From the NCBI RefSeq assembly GCF_029227855.1, contig NZ_CP074356.1: a stretch of DNA of 64,000 nt; one strand, 5' to 3'. The position numbers and the translations under genes were made by a program. The stretch comes from Escherichia coli. Its GTDB lineage: Bacteria; Pseudomonadota; Gammaproteobacteria; Enterobacterales; Enterobacteriaceae. Below, piece by piece: positions 50,384 to 61,045 of this stretch; position 1 is the first letter of the stretch, and every line of letters starts with the position of its first letter. A model generated the notes under the pieces. That model was given only the letters and a program-made list of their open reading frames with translations, was not told the origin of the DNA and made no database searches.

Positions 50384-51118
50384 ATGTCCAAACTCGATCT
50401 AAACGCCCTGAACGAACTGCCGAAGGTAGATCGCATTCTGGCGCTGGCAGAAACTAACGCCGAACTGGAAAAACTGGACGCTGAAGGCCGCGTTGCCTGG
50501 GCGCTGGATAATCTGCCCGGTGAATATGTACTTTCTTCCAGTTTCGGCATTCAGGCGGCGGTGAGCCTGCATCTGGTGAATCAGATTCGCCCGGATATTC
50601 CAGTGATCCTCACCGATACGGGTTACTTGTTCCCGGAAACCTACCGCTTTATTGACGAGTTAACGGACAAACTCAAGCTCAACCTGAAAGTGTACCGCGC
50701 TACCGAAAGCGCCGCCTGGCAGGAAGCACGTTACGGAAAACTGTGGGAGCAGGGTGTTGAAGGCATTGAAAAGTACAATGACATCAACAAAGTCGAACCG
50801 ATGAACCGGGCGCTGAAAGAACTGAATGCGCAAACCTGGTTTGCTGGCCTGCGCCGTGAACAATCCGGCAGCCGCACCAATTTACCGGTGCTGGCAATTC
50901 AGCGTGGCGTATTTAAAGTGCTGCCGATTATCGACTGGGATAACCGAACTATTTATCAGTACCTGCAAAAACATGGCCTGAAATATCACCCATTATGGGA
51001 TGAAGGATATTTATCGGTCGGTGATACCCATACAACCCGTAAATGGGAACCCGGCATGGCGGAAGAAGAAACGCGTTTCTTTGGCTTAAAAAGAGAATGT
51101 GGGTTACACGAAGGGTAA
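50384..51118 (+). CDS. cysH: Phosphoadenosine phosphosulfate reductase, 244 aa
   Basis: ORF track 295 aa trimmed to [19 protein letters not shown] (ATG 50384, GAGGA RBS). Confidence 0.94.
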   Translation: MSKLDLNALNELPKVDRILALAETNAELEKLDAEGRVAWALDNLPGEYVLSSSFGIQAAVSLHLVNQIRPDIPVILTDTGYLFPETYRFIDELTDKLKLNLKVYRATESAAWQEARYGKLWEQGVEGIEKYNDINKVEPMNRALKELNAQTWFAGLRREQSGSRTNLPVLAIQRGVFKVLPIIDWDNRTIYQYLQKHGLKYHPLWDEGYLSVGDTHTTRKWEPGMAEEETRFFGLKRECGLHEG

Positions 51119-51136
51119 ATATTGCCGGATAAATTA

Positions 51137-51175
51137 AACGCCTCTGTCAGAAATGATGGGGGCGTTTTTATTTTG
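51137..51175 (+). terminator. Probable cysJIH terminator: AACGCC ... GGCGTT stem followed by TTTTTATTTT
   Basis: Inverted repeat plus T tract read directly, 20 nt after the cysH stop. Confidence 0.45.
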
Positions 51176-51382
51176 CGAGCAGCATTCCTGATTTTAAACG
51201 TGAACGCCGCTGGAAGAATTATCAGGTATAGAATGGCGTTGGGTGCTTGAGGCTGTCTGGCGTTAAGCATTCGCGAGGTTCCAGATGGACAAAAGCCCCA
51301 GGCGATATTTCTATCAACCTGAGGCCAGCGTTCGAACCTAAGCAATTCGAATGTTAGTCTCTTCTTTGCAGGGAGGCAAGAC

Positions 51383-51535
51383 ATGCTGACAAAATATGCC
51401 CTTGTGGCAATCATCGTACTGTGTTGTACAGTACTGGGATTCACGCTGATGGTAGGCGACTCGTTGTGTGAGTTGAGTATCAGAGAACGTGGTATGGAGT
51501 TTAAGGCAGTTCTCGCTTACGAATCGAAGAAGTAG
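51383..51535 (+). CDS. hokX: Hok/Gef-family type I toxin (hokX-like), 50 aa: [50 protein letters not shown]
   Basis: Below the ORF-track size cutoff; translated by hand: single TM helix then Hok signature SLCEL-IR...G.E..A.LAYES; GGGAGG RBS 6 nt upstream; lies between cysH and cas3 like the K-12 hokX/sokX locus. Confidence 0.8.
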   Translation: MLTKYALVAIIVLCCTVLGFTLMVGDSLCELSIRERGMEFKAVLAYESKK

Positions 51536-51729
51536 CCACCACGCGGGGGTAAAACCCCGCGTATTGAATTGTGATGGTTTGGTCTCCTGCACCCTTTTTT
51601 AATTTATATTGTTTATGTGAATATTATGCCTATGTTTATTATTCATATATATTACGGATGAAAATTATTTGATTATTCATAATGTAAATATTTTATTGAA
51701 CGATATATATCACAGATAATTTTTAATAT
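51536..51729 (+). promoter_or_regulatory. Strongly AT-rich cas3 upstream region (likely cas3 promoter; H-NS-type silencing target)
   Basis: About 190 bp of AT-rich sequence directly before the cas3 start; inference from known H-NS/LeuO control of E. coli cas. Confidence 0.45.
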
Positions 51730-54360
51730 ATGCGTAAATATCCTTTAAGTTTACTGAAGGATAAAAATATTGTGACTTTTTTTGATTTCTGGGGAAAAAC
51801 CCGACGCGGCGAGAAAGACGGGGGCGACGACTATCACCTTCTTTGCTGGCATTCGCTGGATGTAGCCGCGATGGGCTATTTAATGGTTAAAAGCAATTGC
51901 TTCGGGCTGACTGACTATTTTCGTCAACTAGGTTTCGCTGATACGGAGCAGGCAGCACAATTTTTCGCCTGGCTATTGTGCTGGCACGATACTGGAAAAT
52001 TTGCCCGCTCTTTTCAGCAACTTTACCTGCACCCACAACTCAAGGTTCCGGAAGGCGCAAGAAAGAATTACGAAAAGATCTCTCATTCAACGCTGGGCTA
52101 CTGGCTGTGGCATCATTATTTAAGTGAATACGAAGAATTGCTTCCTTCATCTTCACTCTCTCCGCGCAAACTTAAACGGGTGATGGAGATGTGGATGCCC
52201 ATGACTACCGGGCATCATGGTCGGCCCCCTGACCGTATTGATGAACTGGATAATTTTCTGCCTGAAGACAAAGCTGCCGCACGAGATTTTCTCCTTGAAA
52301 TCAAGGTACTGTTTCCGCTCATCGAGATCCCCGCATTCTGGGATGATGACGAGGGCATTGAACTTTTAAAACAACTTTCCTGGTATATCTCTGCAACCGT
52401 CGTACTCGCAGACTGGACGGGATCGTCAACGCGGTTTTTTCCACGCGTTGCACAGGCAATGGATATTAAAGATTACTGGCAGAAGGCTTTAGTTCAGGCT
52501 CAAAACGCCTTAACCGTCTTTCCTCCAAAAGCACAAACCGCGCCTTTCACCGGAATTAATACGCTGTTTCCTTTTATTGAGCACCCGACACCGTTACAGC
52601 AAAAGGTGCTGGATCTGGATATCAGCCAGCCTGGGCCACAGTTATTTATTCTGGAGGATGTGACTGGCGCAGGTAAAACAGAAGCGGCGCTTATCCTGGC
52701 CCACAGGTTGATGGCTGCGGGGAAAGCACAGGGTTTGTTTTTTGGCCTGCCAACAATGGCAACGGCCAATGCCATGTACGATCGGCTGGTAAAAACCTGG
52801 CTTGCTTTCTATTCGCCAGAATCCCGCCCCAGCCTGGTGCTGGCACACAGTGCCCGCACATTAATGGACCGCTTTAATGAATCACTCTGGTCCGGTGATT
52901 TAGTCGGGTCAGAAGAACCGGATGAACAAGCGTTCAGTCAGGGATGTGCGGCCTGGTTTGCCGACAGTAACAAGAAGGCGTTGCTGGCTGAAATTGGCGT
53001 CGGCACGCTGGATCAGGCGATGATGGCGGTGATGCCGTTTAAACATAATAATCTGCGGCTTCTGGGACTGAGTAACAAAATCCTGCTGGCTGATGAGATC
53101 CATGCCTGTGACGCTTACATGTCGTGCATTCTTGAAGGATTGATTGAGCGGCAGGCGCGTGGAGGAAACAGCGTTATTTTGCTTTCTGCCACGTTATCTC
53201 AACAGCAGCGCGACAAACTCGTTGCTGCCTTTGCGCGTGGTGCAGAGGGCCAGCAAGAAGCTCCGTTCCTGGAAAAGGATGATTACCCCTGGCTGACGCA
53301 CGTTACGAAATCGGATGTGCATTCACACCGGGTAGCAGCGCGCAAAGACGTTGAGCGTAGCGTGAGCGTGGGTTGGCTTCATAGCGAACAAGAGTGTATT
53401 GCGCGTATCGAATCGGCGGTAAGTCAGGGGAAATGCATCGCCTGGATCCGGAATTCTGTCGATGATGCTATTAAAGTTTATCGTCAGTTACTTGCCCGCG
53501 GCGTCATTCCTGCTTCCAGCCTTTCTCTTTTTCATAGCCGCTTTGCTTTTAGCGATCGCCAGCGAATTGAAACGGAAACGCTGGCACGCTTTGGTAAAGA
53601 AGATAGCTCACAGCGTGCCGGAAAAGTCCTCATTTGTACTCAGGTCTTAGAGTCGAGCGTTGATTGCGATATGGACGAAATGATTTCCGACCTTGCCCCC
53701 ATTGATTTGCTGATCCAGCGAGCGGGGCGATTACAGCGACATATCCGCGATATTAATGGTCAGTTAAAGCGTGACGGAAAAGACGAGCGTTCCCCTCCTG
53801 AATTGCTGATTCTGGCCCCCGTCTGGGACGACGCTCCAGGTGACGAATGGTTCGGCAGTGCCATGCGTAACAGTGCATATGTCTATCCCGATCATGGACG
53901 AATCTGGCTGACGCAGCGTGTACTGCGTGAGCAAGGCGCTATTCAAATGCCACACGCAGCCCGCCTTCTTATTGAATCAGTCTACGGTGAGGACGTGGTA
54001 ATGCCGGAAGGATTTGCCCGCAGCGAGCAGGAACAAGTGGGCAAATATTACTGCGATCGCGCAATGGCTAAAAAGTTTGTGCTGAACTTTAGGCCCGGCT
54101 ATGCCGCCAATATCAACGATTACCTCCCGGAAAAACTGTCGACACGTCTGGCTGAGGAGTCTGTTTCCCTGTGGCTGGCTACCTGTATTGCCGGTGTGGT
54201 GAAGCCTTATGCCAACGGTGCTCACGCATGGGAAATGAGCGTTGTCAGAGTGCGTCGAAGCTGGTGGAAAAACATCGGGATGAGTTTTCTTTACTGGAAG
54301 GGGAAGCGTTCAGGCAGTGGTGCATTGAACAGCGGAAAGATCCGGAGATGGCAAACGTGA
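51730..54360 (+). CDS. cas3: Cas3 HD nuclease / superfamily 2 helicase (type I-E); ORF ends at 54360 after about 35 low-quality codons, while a protein-like C-terminal segment continues in another frame to 54428 (apparent frameshift near 54240-54262)
   Basis: ORF track 876 aa; HD motif LLCWHDTGKF, Walker A DVTGAGKTEAAL, motif II LLADEIHACD, motif VI QRAGRLQRH; track ORF 54171..54428 carries ...KLVEKHRDEFSLLEGEAFRQWCIEQ... Confidence 0.88.
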   Translation: MRKYPLSLLKDKNIVTFFDFWGKTRRGEKDGGDDYHLLCWHSLDVAAMGYLMVKSNCFGLTDYFRQLGFADTEQAAQFFAWLLCWHDTGKFARSFQQLYLHPQLKVPEGARKNYEKISHSTLGYWLWHHYLSEYEELLPSSSLSPRKLKRVMEMWMPMTTGHHGRPPDRIDELDNFLPEDKAAARDFLLEIKVLFPLIEIPAFWDDDEGIELLKQLSWYISATVVLADWTGSSTRFFPRVAQAMDIKDYWQKALVQAQNALTVFPPKAQTAPFTGINTLFPFIEHPTPLQQKVLDLDISQPGPQLFILEDVTGAGKTEAALILAHRLMAAGKAQGLFFGLPTMATANAMYDRLVKTWLAFYSPESRPSLVLAHSARTLMDRFNESLWSGDLVGSEEPDEQAFSQGCAAWFADSNKKALLAEIGVGTLDQAMMAVMPFKHNNLRLLGLSNKILLADEIHACDAYMSCILEGLIERQARGGNSVILLSATLSQQQRDKLVAAFARGAEGQQEAPFLEKDDYPWLTHVTKSDVHSHRVAARKDVERSVSVGWLHSEQECIARIESAVSQGKCIAWIRNSVDDAIKVYRQLLARGVIPASSLSLFHSRFAFSDRQRIETETLARFGKEDSSQRAGKVLICTQVLESSVDCDMDEMISDLAPIDLLIQRAGRLQRHIRDINGQLKRDGKDERSPPELLILAPVWDDAPGDEWFGSAMRNSAYVYPDHGRIWLTQRVLREQGAIQMPHAARLLIESVYGEDVVMPEGFARSEQEQVGKYYCDRAMAKKFVLNFRPGYAANINDYLPEKLSTRLAEESVSLWLATCIAGVVKPYANGAHAWEMSVVRVRRSWWKNIGMSFLYWKGKRSGSGALNSGKIRRWQT

Positions 54361-54525
54361 TTTTAGTTACCGATGACGAAAGTTGCGGGTATTCGGCTAT
54401 GGAAGGATTGACTGGCAAGGTTGGTTGAGATGCCTGCGACAGGGCTCTCTGAATAGTTGATACACCGAAAAGGATGGAATGATGGACAACCGACCTGGGA
54501 TGGTCTTTTTTACGAGAGGATGCGT

Positions 54526-56088
54526 ATGAACTCGTTTTCACTTCTGACAACCCCGTGGTTGCCCGTTCGTTATAAAGACGGAACGACAGGCAAACTGGCG
54601 CCTGTCGATCTGGCGGATGAAAATGTTGTCGATATTGCTGCGCCACGGGCAGATCTCCAGGGAGCGGCATGGCAGTTTTTGCTGGGGCTACTACAAACCA
54701 GCTTTGCGCCAAAAGATCATCGTCGTTGGGATGATATCTGGGAAGACGGACTGGAATCTGAAAAGCTACGGGAAGCATTGCTGTCCTTAGAACACGCTTT
54801 CCAGTTTGGGCCAGATTCCCCTTCATTTATGCAGGATTTCGAGGCGCTCACAGGAGATAAAGTTCAGGTCGCTTCGCTACTGCCTGAGATTCCCGGCGCT
54901 CAAACAACGAAGTTTAATAAAGACCACTTTATCAAGCGTGGTGTAACGGAATACCTGTGCCCACATTGTTCTGCGTTAGCTCTGTTCTCCCTACAGTTAA
55001 ATGCGCCGTCAGGTGGTAAAGGCTACCGCACCGGTTTACGCGGCGGTGGGCCGATGACCACTCTGATTGAATTACAGGAATATCAGGGCAATCAACAAAC
55101 GCCCTTGTGGCGCAAACTGTGGCTCAATGTGATGCCGCAGGACGAAGCCGACTTACCGCTACCCAAAAAATTTGACGATCTGGTTTTCCCCTGGCTTGGC
55201 CCGACGCGTACCAGCGAACTGGCCGGTGCGGTGGTAACCGATGATCAGGTTAATAAACTCCAGGCGTACTGGGGAATGCCGCGGCGTATTCGTATTGATT
55301 TTAATACCACGACAGTCGGCAACTGCGATATTTGCGGCGAGCAGAACGACGCGCTCCTGAGCCTGATGACGACCAAAAATTACGGCGCGAATTATGCCAT
55401 GTGGCAGCATCCCTTAACGCCTTACCGTGTACCCCTTAAAGAGGGCGGCGAGTTTTACTCGGTCAAACCACAACCAGGCGGTTTAATCTGGCGCGACTGG
55501 TTAGGCCTTATCGAAACGGGTAAATCAGAAAACAATACGGAACTTCCCGCGCTGGTGGTGAAACTCTTTAATGCCAGCAGTCTCAAGCAGGCAAAAGTGG
55601 GCCTATGGGGATTTGGTTATGATTTTGACAACATGAAAGCGCGCTGTTGGTACGAACACCATTTCCCGCTACTGCTCAATAAAAAAGAAGGCCAGATACC
55701 GAAGCTGCGGCTGGCTGCGCAAACGGCTTCACGGATTCTGAGTCTGTTACGGAGTGCATTGAAAGAAGCATGGTTCTCCGATCCAAAAGGTGCAAGGGGT
55801 GATTTCAGTTTTGTGGATATCGACTTCTGGAACAAAACTCAGCATCGCTTCCTGAGGTTAGTGCGCCAAATTGAAGAAGGTCAGGATGCGGATGAATTAC
55901 TCGGCAAATGGCAAAAGGAAATTTGGTTATTCGCGCGTCAGGATTTTGACGAGCGTGTATTCACTAATCCTTATGAGCCCGTTGATTTGAAACGCGTCAT
56001 GACCGCGCGCAAGAAATATTTTACAACATCGGCGGAGAAGCAAAGTGCTAAAGCCGCCAGGGAGAAAAAGCAGGAGGCTGCTGAATGA
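54526..56088 (+). CDS. casA: Cascade large subunit Cse1 (CasA), 520 aa
   Basis: ORF track 543 aa trimmed to MNSFSLLTTPWLPVRYKDG (ATG 54526, GAGAGGA RBS); first gene after cas3 in I-E order. Confidence 0.88.
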   Translation: MNSFSLLTTPWLPVRYKDGTTGKLAPVDLADENVVDIAAPRADLQGAAWQFLLGLLQTSFAPKDHRRWDDIWEDGLESEKLREALLSLEHAFQFGPDSPSFMQDFEALTGDKVQVASLLPEIPGAQTTKFNKDHFIKRGVTEYLCPHCSALALFSLQLNAPSGGKGYRTGLRGGGPMTTLIELQEYQGNQQTPLWRKLWLNVMPQDEADLPLPKKFDDLVFPWLGPTRTSELAGAVVTDDQVNKLQAYWGMPRRIRIDFNTTTVGNCDICGEQNDALLSLMTTKNYGANYAMWQHPLTPYRVPLKEGGEFYSVKPQPGGLIWRDWLGLIETGKSENNTELPALVVKLFNASSLKQAKVGLWGFGYDFDNMKARCWYEHHFPLLLNKKEGQIPKLRLAAQTASRILSLLRSALKEAWFSDPKGARGDFSFVDIDFWNKTQHRFLRLVRQIEEGQDADELLGKWQKEIWLFARQDFDERVFTNPYEPVDLKRVMTARKKYFTTSAEKQSAKAAREKKQEAAE

Positions 56089-56621
56089 GTATTGTAAAAG
56101 AGGAGCACAAAGCCACGCTGCGTAAATGGCACGAAGAGTTGCAGGAAAAACGCGGCAATCGTGCCAGTCTGCGGCGTAGCACAACGGTTAATGATGTTTG
56201 TCTGTCAGAAGGGTTTCGTTCTCTGCTGATGCAGACCCACACGTTGTGGAAAATTGAATCACAGGAGTGGCGTTTTACCGCACTGGCGCTGGTTGCCGCC
56301 GTTGCCGCCAATGTAAAAGCCATTGATGAACGGCAGCCTTTTGCCGCGCAGTTGGCGGCGGTAATGTCTGAGGGGCGTTTTACTCGCCTGTCGGCAGTCA
56401 AAACGCCGGATGAATTACTGCGCCAGTTACGTCGCGCGGTCAAATTATTAAATGGTTCCGTCAATCTTATCTCTTTGGCAGACGATATTTTCCGCTGGTG
56501 CCAGGAGAGCGACGATCTGCTCAATCATCACCGCCGCCAGCAGCGGCCAACAGAATTTATCCGTATCCGCTGGGCGCTGGAATATTACCAGGCTGGCGAC
56601 GCCGATAACGAACAAAATTAA
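56085..56621 (+). CDS. casB: Cascade small subunit Cse2 (CasB), 178 aa
   Basis: ORF track 178 aa; ATGA overlap with the cse1 stop. Confidence 0.85.
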   Translation: MSIVKEEHKATLRKWHEELQEKRGNRASLRRSTTVNDVCLSEGFRSLLMQTHTLWKIESQEWRFTALALVAAVAANVKAIDERQPFAAQLAAVMSEGRFTRLSAVKTPDELLRQLRRAVKLLNGSVNLISLADDIFRWCQESDDLLNHHRRQQRPTEFIRIRWALEYYQAGDADNEQN

Positions 56622-56635
56622 TAAAGGACTATCTC

Positions 56636-57691
56636 ATGACGACATTTATTCAGCTTCATTTGTTAACCGCTTACCCTGCTGCCAACCTTAACCGTGATGA
56701 CACCGGTGCGCCAAAAACTGTGGTACTGGGTGGAGCAACGCGTCTGCGCGTTTCCTCACAAAGTCTGAAACGTGCGTGGCGCACTTCTGCACTTTTTGAA
56801 CAGGCACTGGCGGGCCATATTGGTATTCGCAGTGGGCGTATTGCGCGTGAGGCGGCAACTATCCTGATTGAGAAAGGCATCGAAGAGAAAAAAGCCATCG
56901 AATGGGCGGCAAAAATTGCGGATTATCTTGGGAAAGCTAAAAACGACAAAAAACCAAAAGATCCGCTCACTAACGCCGAAACTGAACAGCTAGTCCATAT
57001 CAGCCCGGCAGAATTTGACGCCGTAAAAGCGCTGGCCCATCAACTGGCCGAAGAAAAGCGCGCGCCAAAAGAGGAAGATCTCGCTTTGTTACGTAAAGAT
57101 CGCATGGCGGTAGATATCGCTATGTTTGGTCGTATGCTGGCGAATAAACCCGAATTTAATGTTGAAGCCGCCTGCCAGGTCGCGCATGCATTTGGTGTCA
57201 GTGAAACGATTGTCGAAGATGATTTTTTCACCGCCGTTGATGATTTGCGCCAGGCTTCTGAAGATGCCGGTGCCGGGCATCTTGGTGAAACCGGATTCGG
57301 TTCTGCGCTGTTCTACACCTATATCTGCATCGATAAAGATCTGCTGGTCGAAAACCTCGGCGGTGACGAAGCGTTAGCTAATCAGACCTTGCGCGCCTTT
57401 ACGGAAGCCGCACTTAAAGTCTCCCCAACCGGCAAACAGAACAGCTTTGCCAGCCGTGCCTACGCCTCCTGGGCGCTGGCAGAAAAAGGCACTGAACAAC
57501 CACGCTCTCTGGCGGCGGCTTTCTATGAACCCATTAATGGCACCCGGCAGTTAGATGTGGCGGTGCAGCGTATTACAACGCTTCGCGAAAATATGAATAC
57601 GGTCTATGAACAGAAGACCGAATGCGCAAGCTTTGACGTGATGAACAAACAGGGAAGCATGAAGGACGTGCTGGACTTTATCTGCGCGTAA
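56636..57691 (+). CDS. casC: Cascade backbone subunit Cas7 (CasC), 351 aa
   Basis: ORF track 351 aa MTTFIQLHLLTAYPAANLNRDDTGAPK... Confidence 0.88.
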   Translation: MTTFIQLHLLTAYPAANLNRDDTGAPKTVVLGGATRLRVSSQSLKRAWRTSALFEQALAGHIGIRSGRIAREAATILIEKGIEEKKAIEWAAKIADYLGKAKNDKKPKDPLTNAETEQLVHISPAEFDAVKALAHQLAEEKRAPKEEDLALLRKDRMAVDIAMFGRMLANKPEFNVEAACQVAHAFGVSETIVEDDFFTAVDDLRQASEDAGAGHLGETGFGSALFYTYICIDKDLLVENLGGDEALANQTLRAFTEAALKVSPTGKQNSFASRAYASWALAEKGTEQPRSLAAAFYEPINGTRQLDVAVQRITTLRENMNTVYEQKTECASFDVMNKQGSMKDVLDFICA

Positions 57692-57701
57692 GGGGCGGCT
57701 A

Positions 57702-58448
57702 ATGAGCCAATATTTGATTTTTCAGCTTCATGGGCCAATGGCATCCTGGGGCGTCGATGCCCCCGGCGAAGTGCGTCATACCCATGAACTGCCTTCGCGC
57801 TCAGCATTGCTGGGGCTGCTGGCTGCCGGGGTAGGGATTCGGCGTGATGATACCGAACGATTAAACGTGTTTAACCGCCACTATTCACTGGTGGTTTGCG
57901 CCAGCCGTAACCCGCGCTGGGCACGGGATTATCACACAATCCAGATGCCAAAAGAGGTGCGTAAAGCGCGTTATTTCAGCCGTCGCGAAGAGTTGAGCGA
58001 CCCTGATCTTCTGAGCGCGATTATCTCCCGGCGCGACTACTACACCGACGCCTGGTGGATGGTGGCGGTGGCAACAACAGCCGATGCGCCTTACAGCCTC
58101 GAACAGTTGCAGGGCGGTTTACGCCATCCAGTTTTTCCTCTTTATCTGGGGCGAAAAAGTCATCCGCTGGCGTTACCACTTGCGCCGTTACTGCTCGAAG
58201 GCAACGCGTCTGATGTCTTACGTAACGCATACCAACAGTATCAGGATAGTTTCCGCGAACTGAAAGTCTCACTCCCGAAACTTCAGGATGAATGCTGGTG
58301 GGAAGGGGAACACGACGGCCTGGTCGCGAGCAAAATATTACGTCGCCGGGATGTTCCTTTAAATCGTCAGCAGTGGCTGTTTGGGGAACGCACCATCAAT
58401 CAGGGGCCGTGGCTCAGCAAGGAGGAACCATGTACCTCTCAAGAATAA
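57702..58448 (+). CDS. casD: Cascade subunit Cas5 (CasD), 248 aa
   Basis: ORF track 248 aa MSQYLIFQLHGPMASWGVDAPGEVRHT...LLGLLAAGVGIRRDD. Confidence 0.88.
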   Translation: MSQYLIFQLHGPMASWGVDAPGEVRHTHELPSRSALLGLLAAGVGIRRDDTERLNVFNRHYSLVVCASRNPRWARDYHTIQMPKEVRKARYFSRREELSDPDLLSAIISRRDYYTDAWWMVAVATTADAPYSLEQLQGGLRHPVFPLYLGRKSHPLALPLAPLLLEGNASDVLRNAYQQYQDSFRELKVSLPKLQDECWWEGEHDGLVASKILRRRDVPLNRQQWLFGERTINQGPWLSKEEPCTSQE

Positions 58449-59076
58449 CCTTACATACCGGCCAGCTTTCGCCTGCGCAGTTGCTGCATCTGGTGGATCG
58501 CGGTGAATATGTAATGCATCAGTGGCTGTGGGATCTTTTTCCTGGCGGCAAAGAAAGGCAATTTCTTTATCGTCGGGAAGAACTCCTGGGGGCGTTTCGC
58601 TTTTTTGTCCTGTCGCAGGAACGCCCGGCGGAAAATGATATTTTCACCATCGAATGCCGACCATTTGCGCCAGAGTTGCGTACCGGACAATCCCTTTGTT
58701 TCAACCTGCGGGCGAATCCAACAATTTGTAAAGCGGGCAAACGCCACGACTTGCTGATGGAGGCGAAACGGCAGGTGAGGGGGCAGGTGGAAGGAAGTGA
58801 TGTCTGGTTGCATCAACAACAGGCGGCGCTGGACTGGCTGGCAGCGCAGGGGGAAAGAAGCGGTTTTACACTACTGGATACCTCGGTCGATGCCTACCGA
58901 CAACAGCAACTGCGGCGGGAAAACTCCCGGCAACTGATCCAGTTCAGTAGCGTGGATTATACGGGGATGCTTACGGTCACCGATCCTGGGTTATTTCTGC
59001 AACGTCTGAGCCAGGGGTATGGCAAAAGCCGCGCGTTCGGCTGTGGTCTGATGCTGATCAAACCCGGAGCAGAGGC

Positions 59077-59080
<4 letters not shown>
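58430..59080 (+). CDS. casE: Cas6e (CasE) pre-crRNA endoribonuclease, 216 aa
   Basis: ORF track 262 aa trimmed to MYLSRITLHTGQLSPAQL (ATG 58430, GGAGG RBS); 19-nt overlap with cas5; C-terminal G-rich motif GYGKSRAFGCGLMLI. Confidence 0.86.
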
Positions 59081-60290
<1,210 letters not shown>

Positions 60291-60386
60291 GTTATCTGTT
60301 CTTTAAAAATAAGGAAATGTTTTAATTTAGTTGGTAGATTGTTGATGCGGAATAAATTTGTTTAAAAACAGTTATGTATGCTTAGT
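60291..60386 (+). promoter_or_regulatory. AT-rich CRISPR leader between cas2 and first repeat; contains GTTGGTAGATTGT at 60330-60342
   Basis: AT-rich 96 bp; motif shared with the queE-proximal array leader at the same spacing. Confidence 0.7.
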
Positions 60387-61025
60387 GTGTTCCCCGCGCC
60401 AGCGGGGATAAATCGAGATCACCGTGTTAAATAACCGATTGAACGCCGTGTTCCCCGCGCCAGCGGGGATAAATCGGCCAGGCCAATACAGTTGGCGAAG
60501 AAGCGAAGGTGTTCCCCGCGCCAGCGGGGATAAATCGACACCGGGCTGGATAAAAAAACTATCGGGAAAGTGTTCCCCGCGCCAGCGGGGATAAATCGCC
60601 GTTTGATAGCTGTTCACGCTGGCTGATGCCGTGTTCCCCGCGCCAGCGGGGATAAACCGCGCAGTTCGCTACCGAGCGTGGTTTGCTGGTCGTGTTCCCC
60701 GCGCCAGCGGGGATAAACCGGCGCACAGCGACGCGAAATCAACGAAAATTTAGTGTTCCCCGCGCCAGCGGGGATAAACCGATTGCCAGATACTGTGTAT
60801 ATCCACCGACTAAGTGTTCCCCGCGCCAGCGGGGATAAACCGCAGGGAAACCGTTCGTACTTATCGACCTCAACGTGTTCCCCGCGCCAGCGGGGATAAA
60901 CCGAAGGGGACGGCTACGGGACGCCGCCTATTGATGTGTTCCCCGCGTCAGCGGGGATAAACCGGACGCACTGGATGCGATGATGGACATCACTTGGAGT
61001 TCCCCGCCCCTGCGGTAGAACTCCC
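60387..61025 (+). CRISPR. CRISPR array (K-12 CRISPR I / 2.1 equivalent): 11 x 29-bp repeats GTGTTCCCCGCGCCAGCGGGGATAAA(T/C)CG, 10 x 32-bp spacers, period 61; terminal repeat degenerate (GAGTTCCCCGCCCCTGCGGTAGAACTCCC)
   Basis: Repeats start at 60387, 60448, 60509, 60570, 60631, 60692, 60753, 60814, 60875, 60936, 60997; counted directly. Confidence 0.96.
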
Positions 61026-61045
61026 AGCTCTCATTTTCAAACCCA

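Noticed and set aside
51338-51592. 84-aa minus-strand ORF overlapping the hok-like gene
   Set aside because: Antisense to the Hok ORF, which has the family signature and an RBS; if anything is functional on this strand it is a short Sok-like RNA, not this ORF.
54171-54428. 85-aa ORF as an independent small gene after cas3
   Set aside because: No RBS or own start context; it overlaps the cas3 3' region and is better explained as the displaced C-terminal frame of cas3.
60372-60617. Minus-strand 81-aa ORF inside the cas2-adjacent array
   Set aside because: Same artefact: periodic translation of CRISPR repeats.
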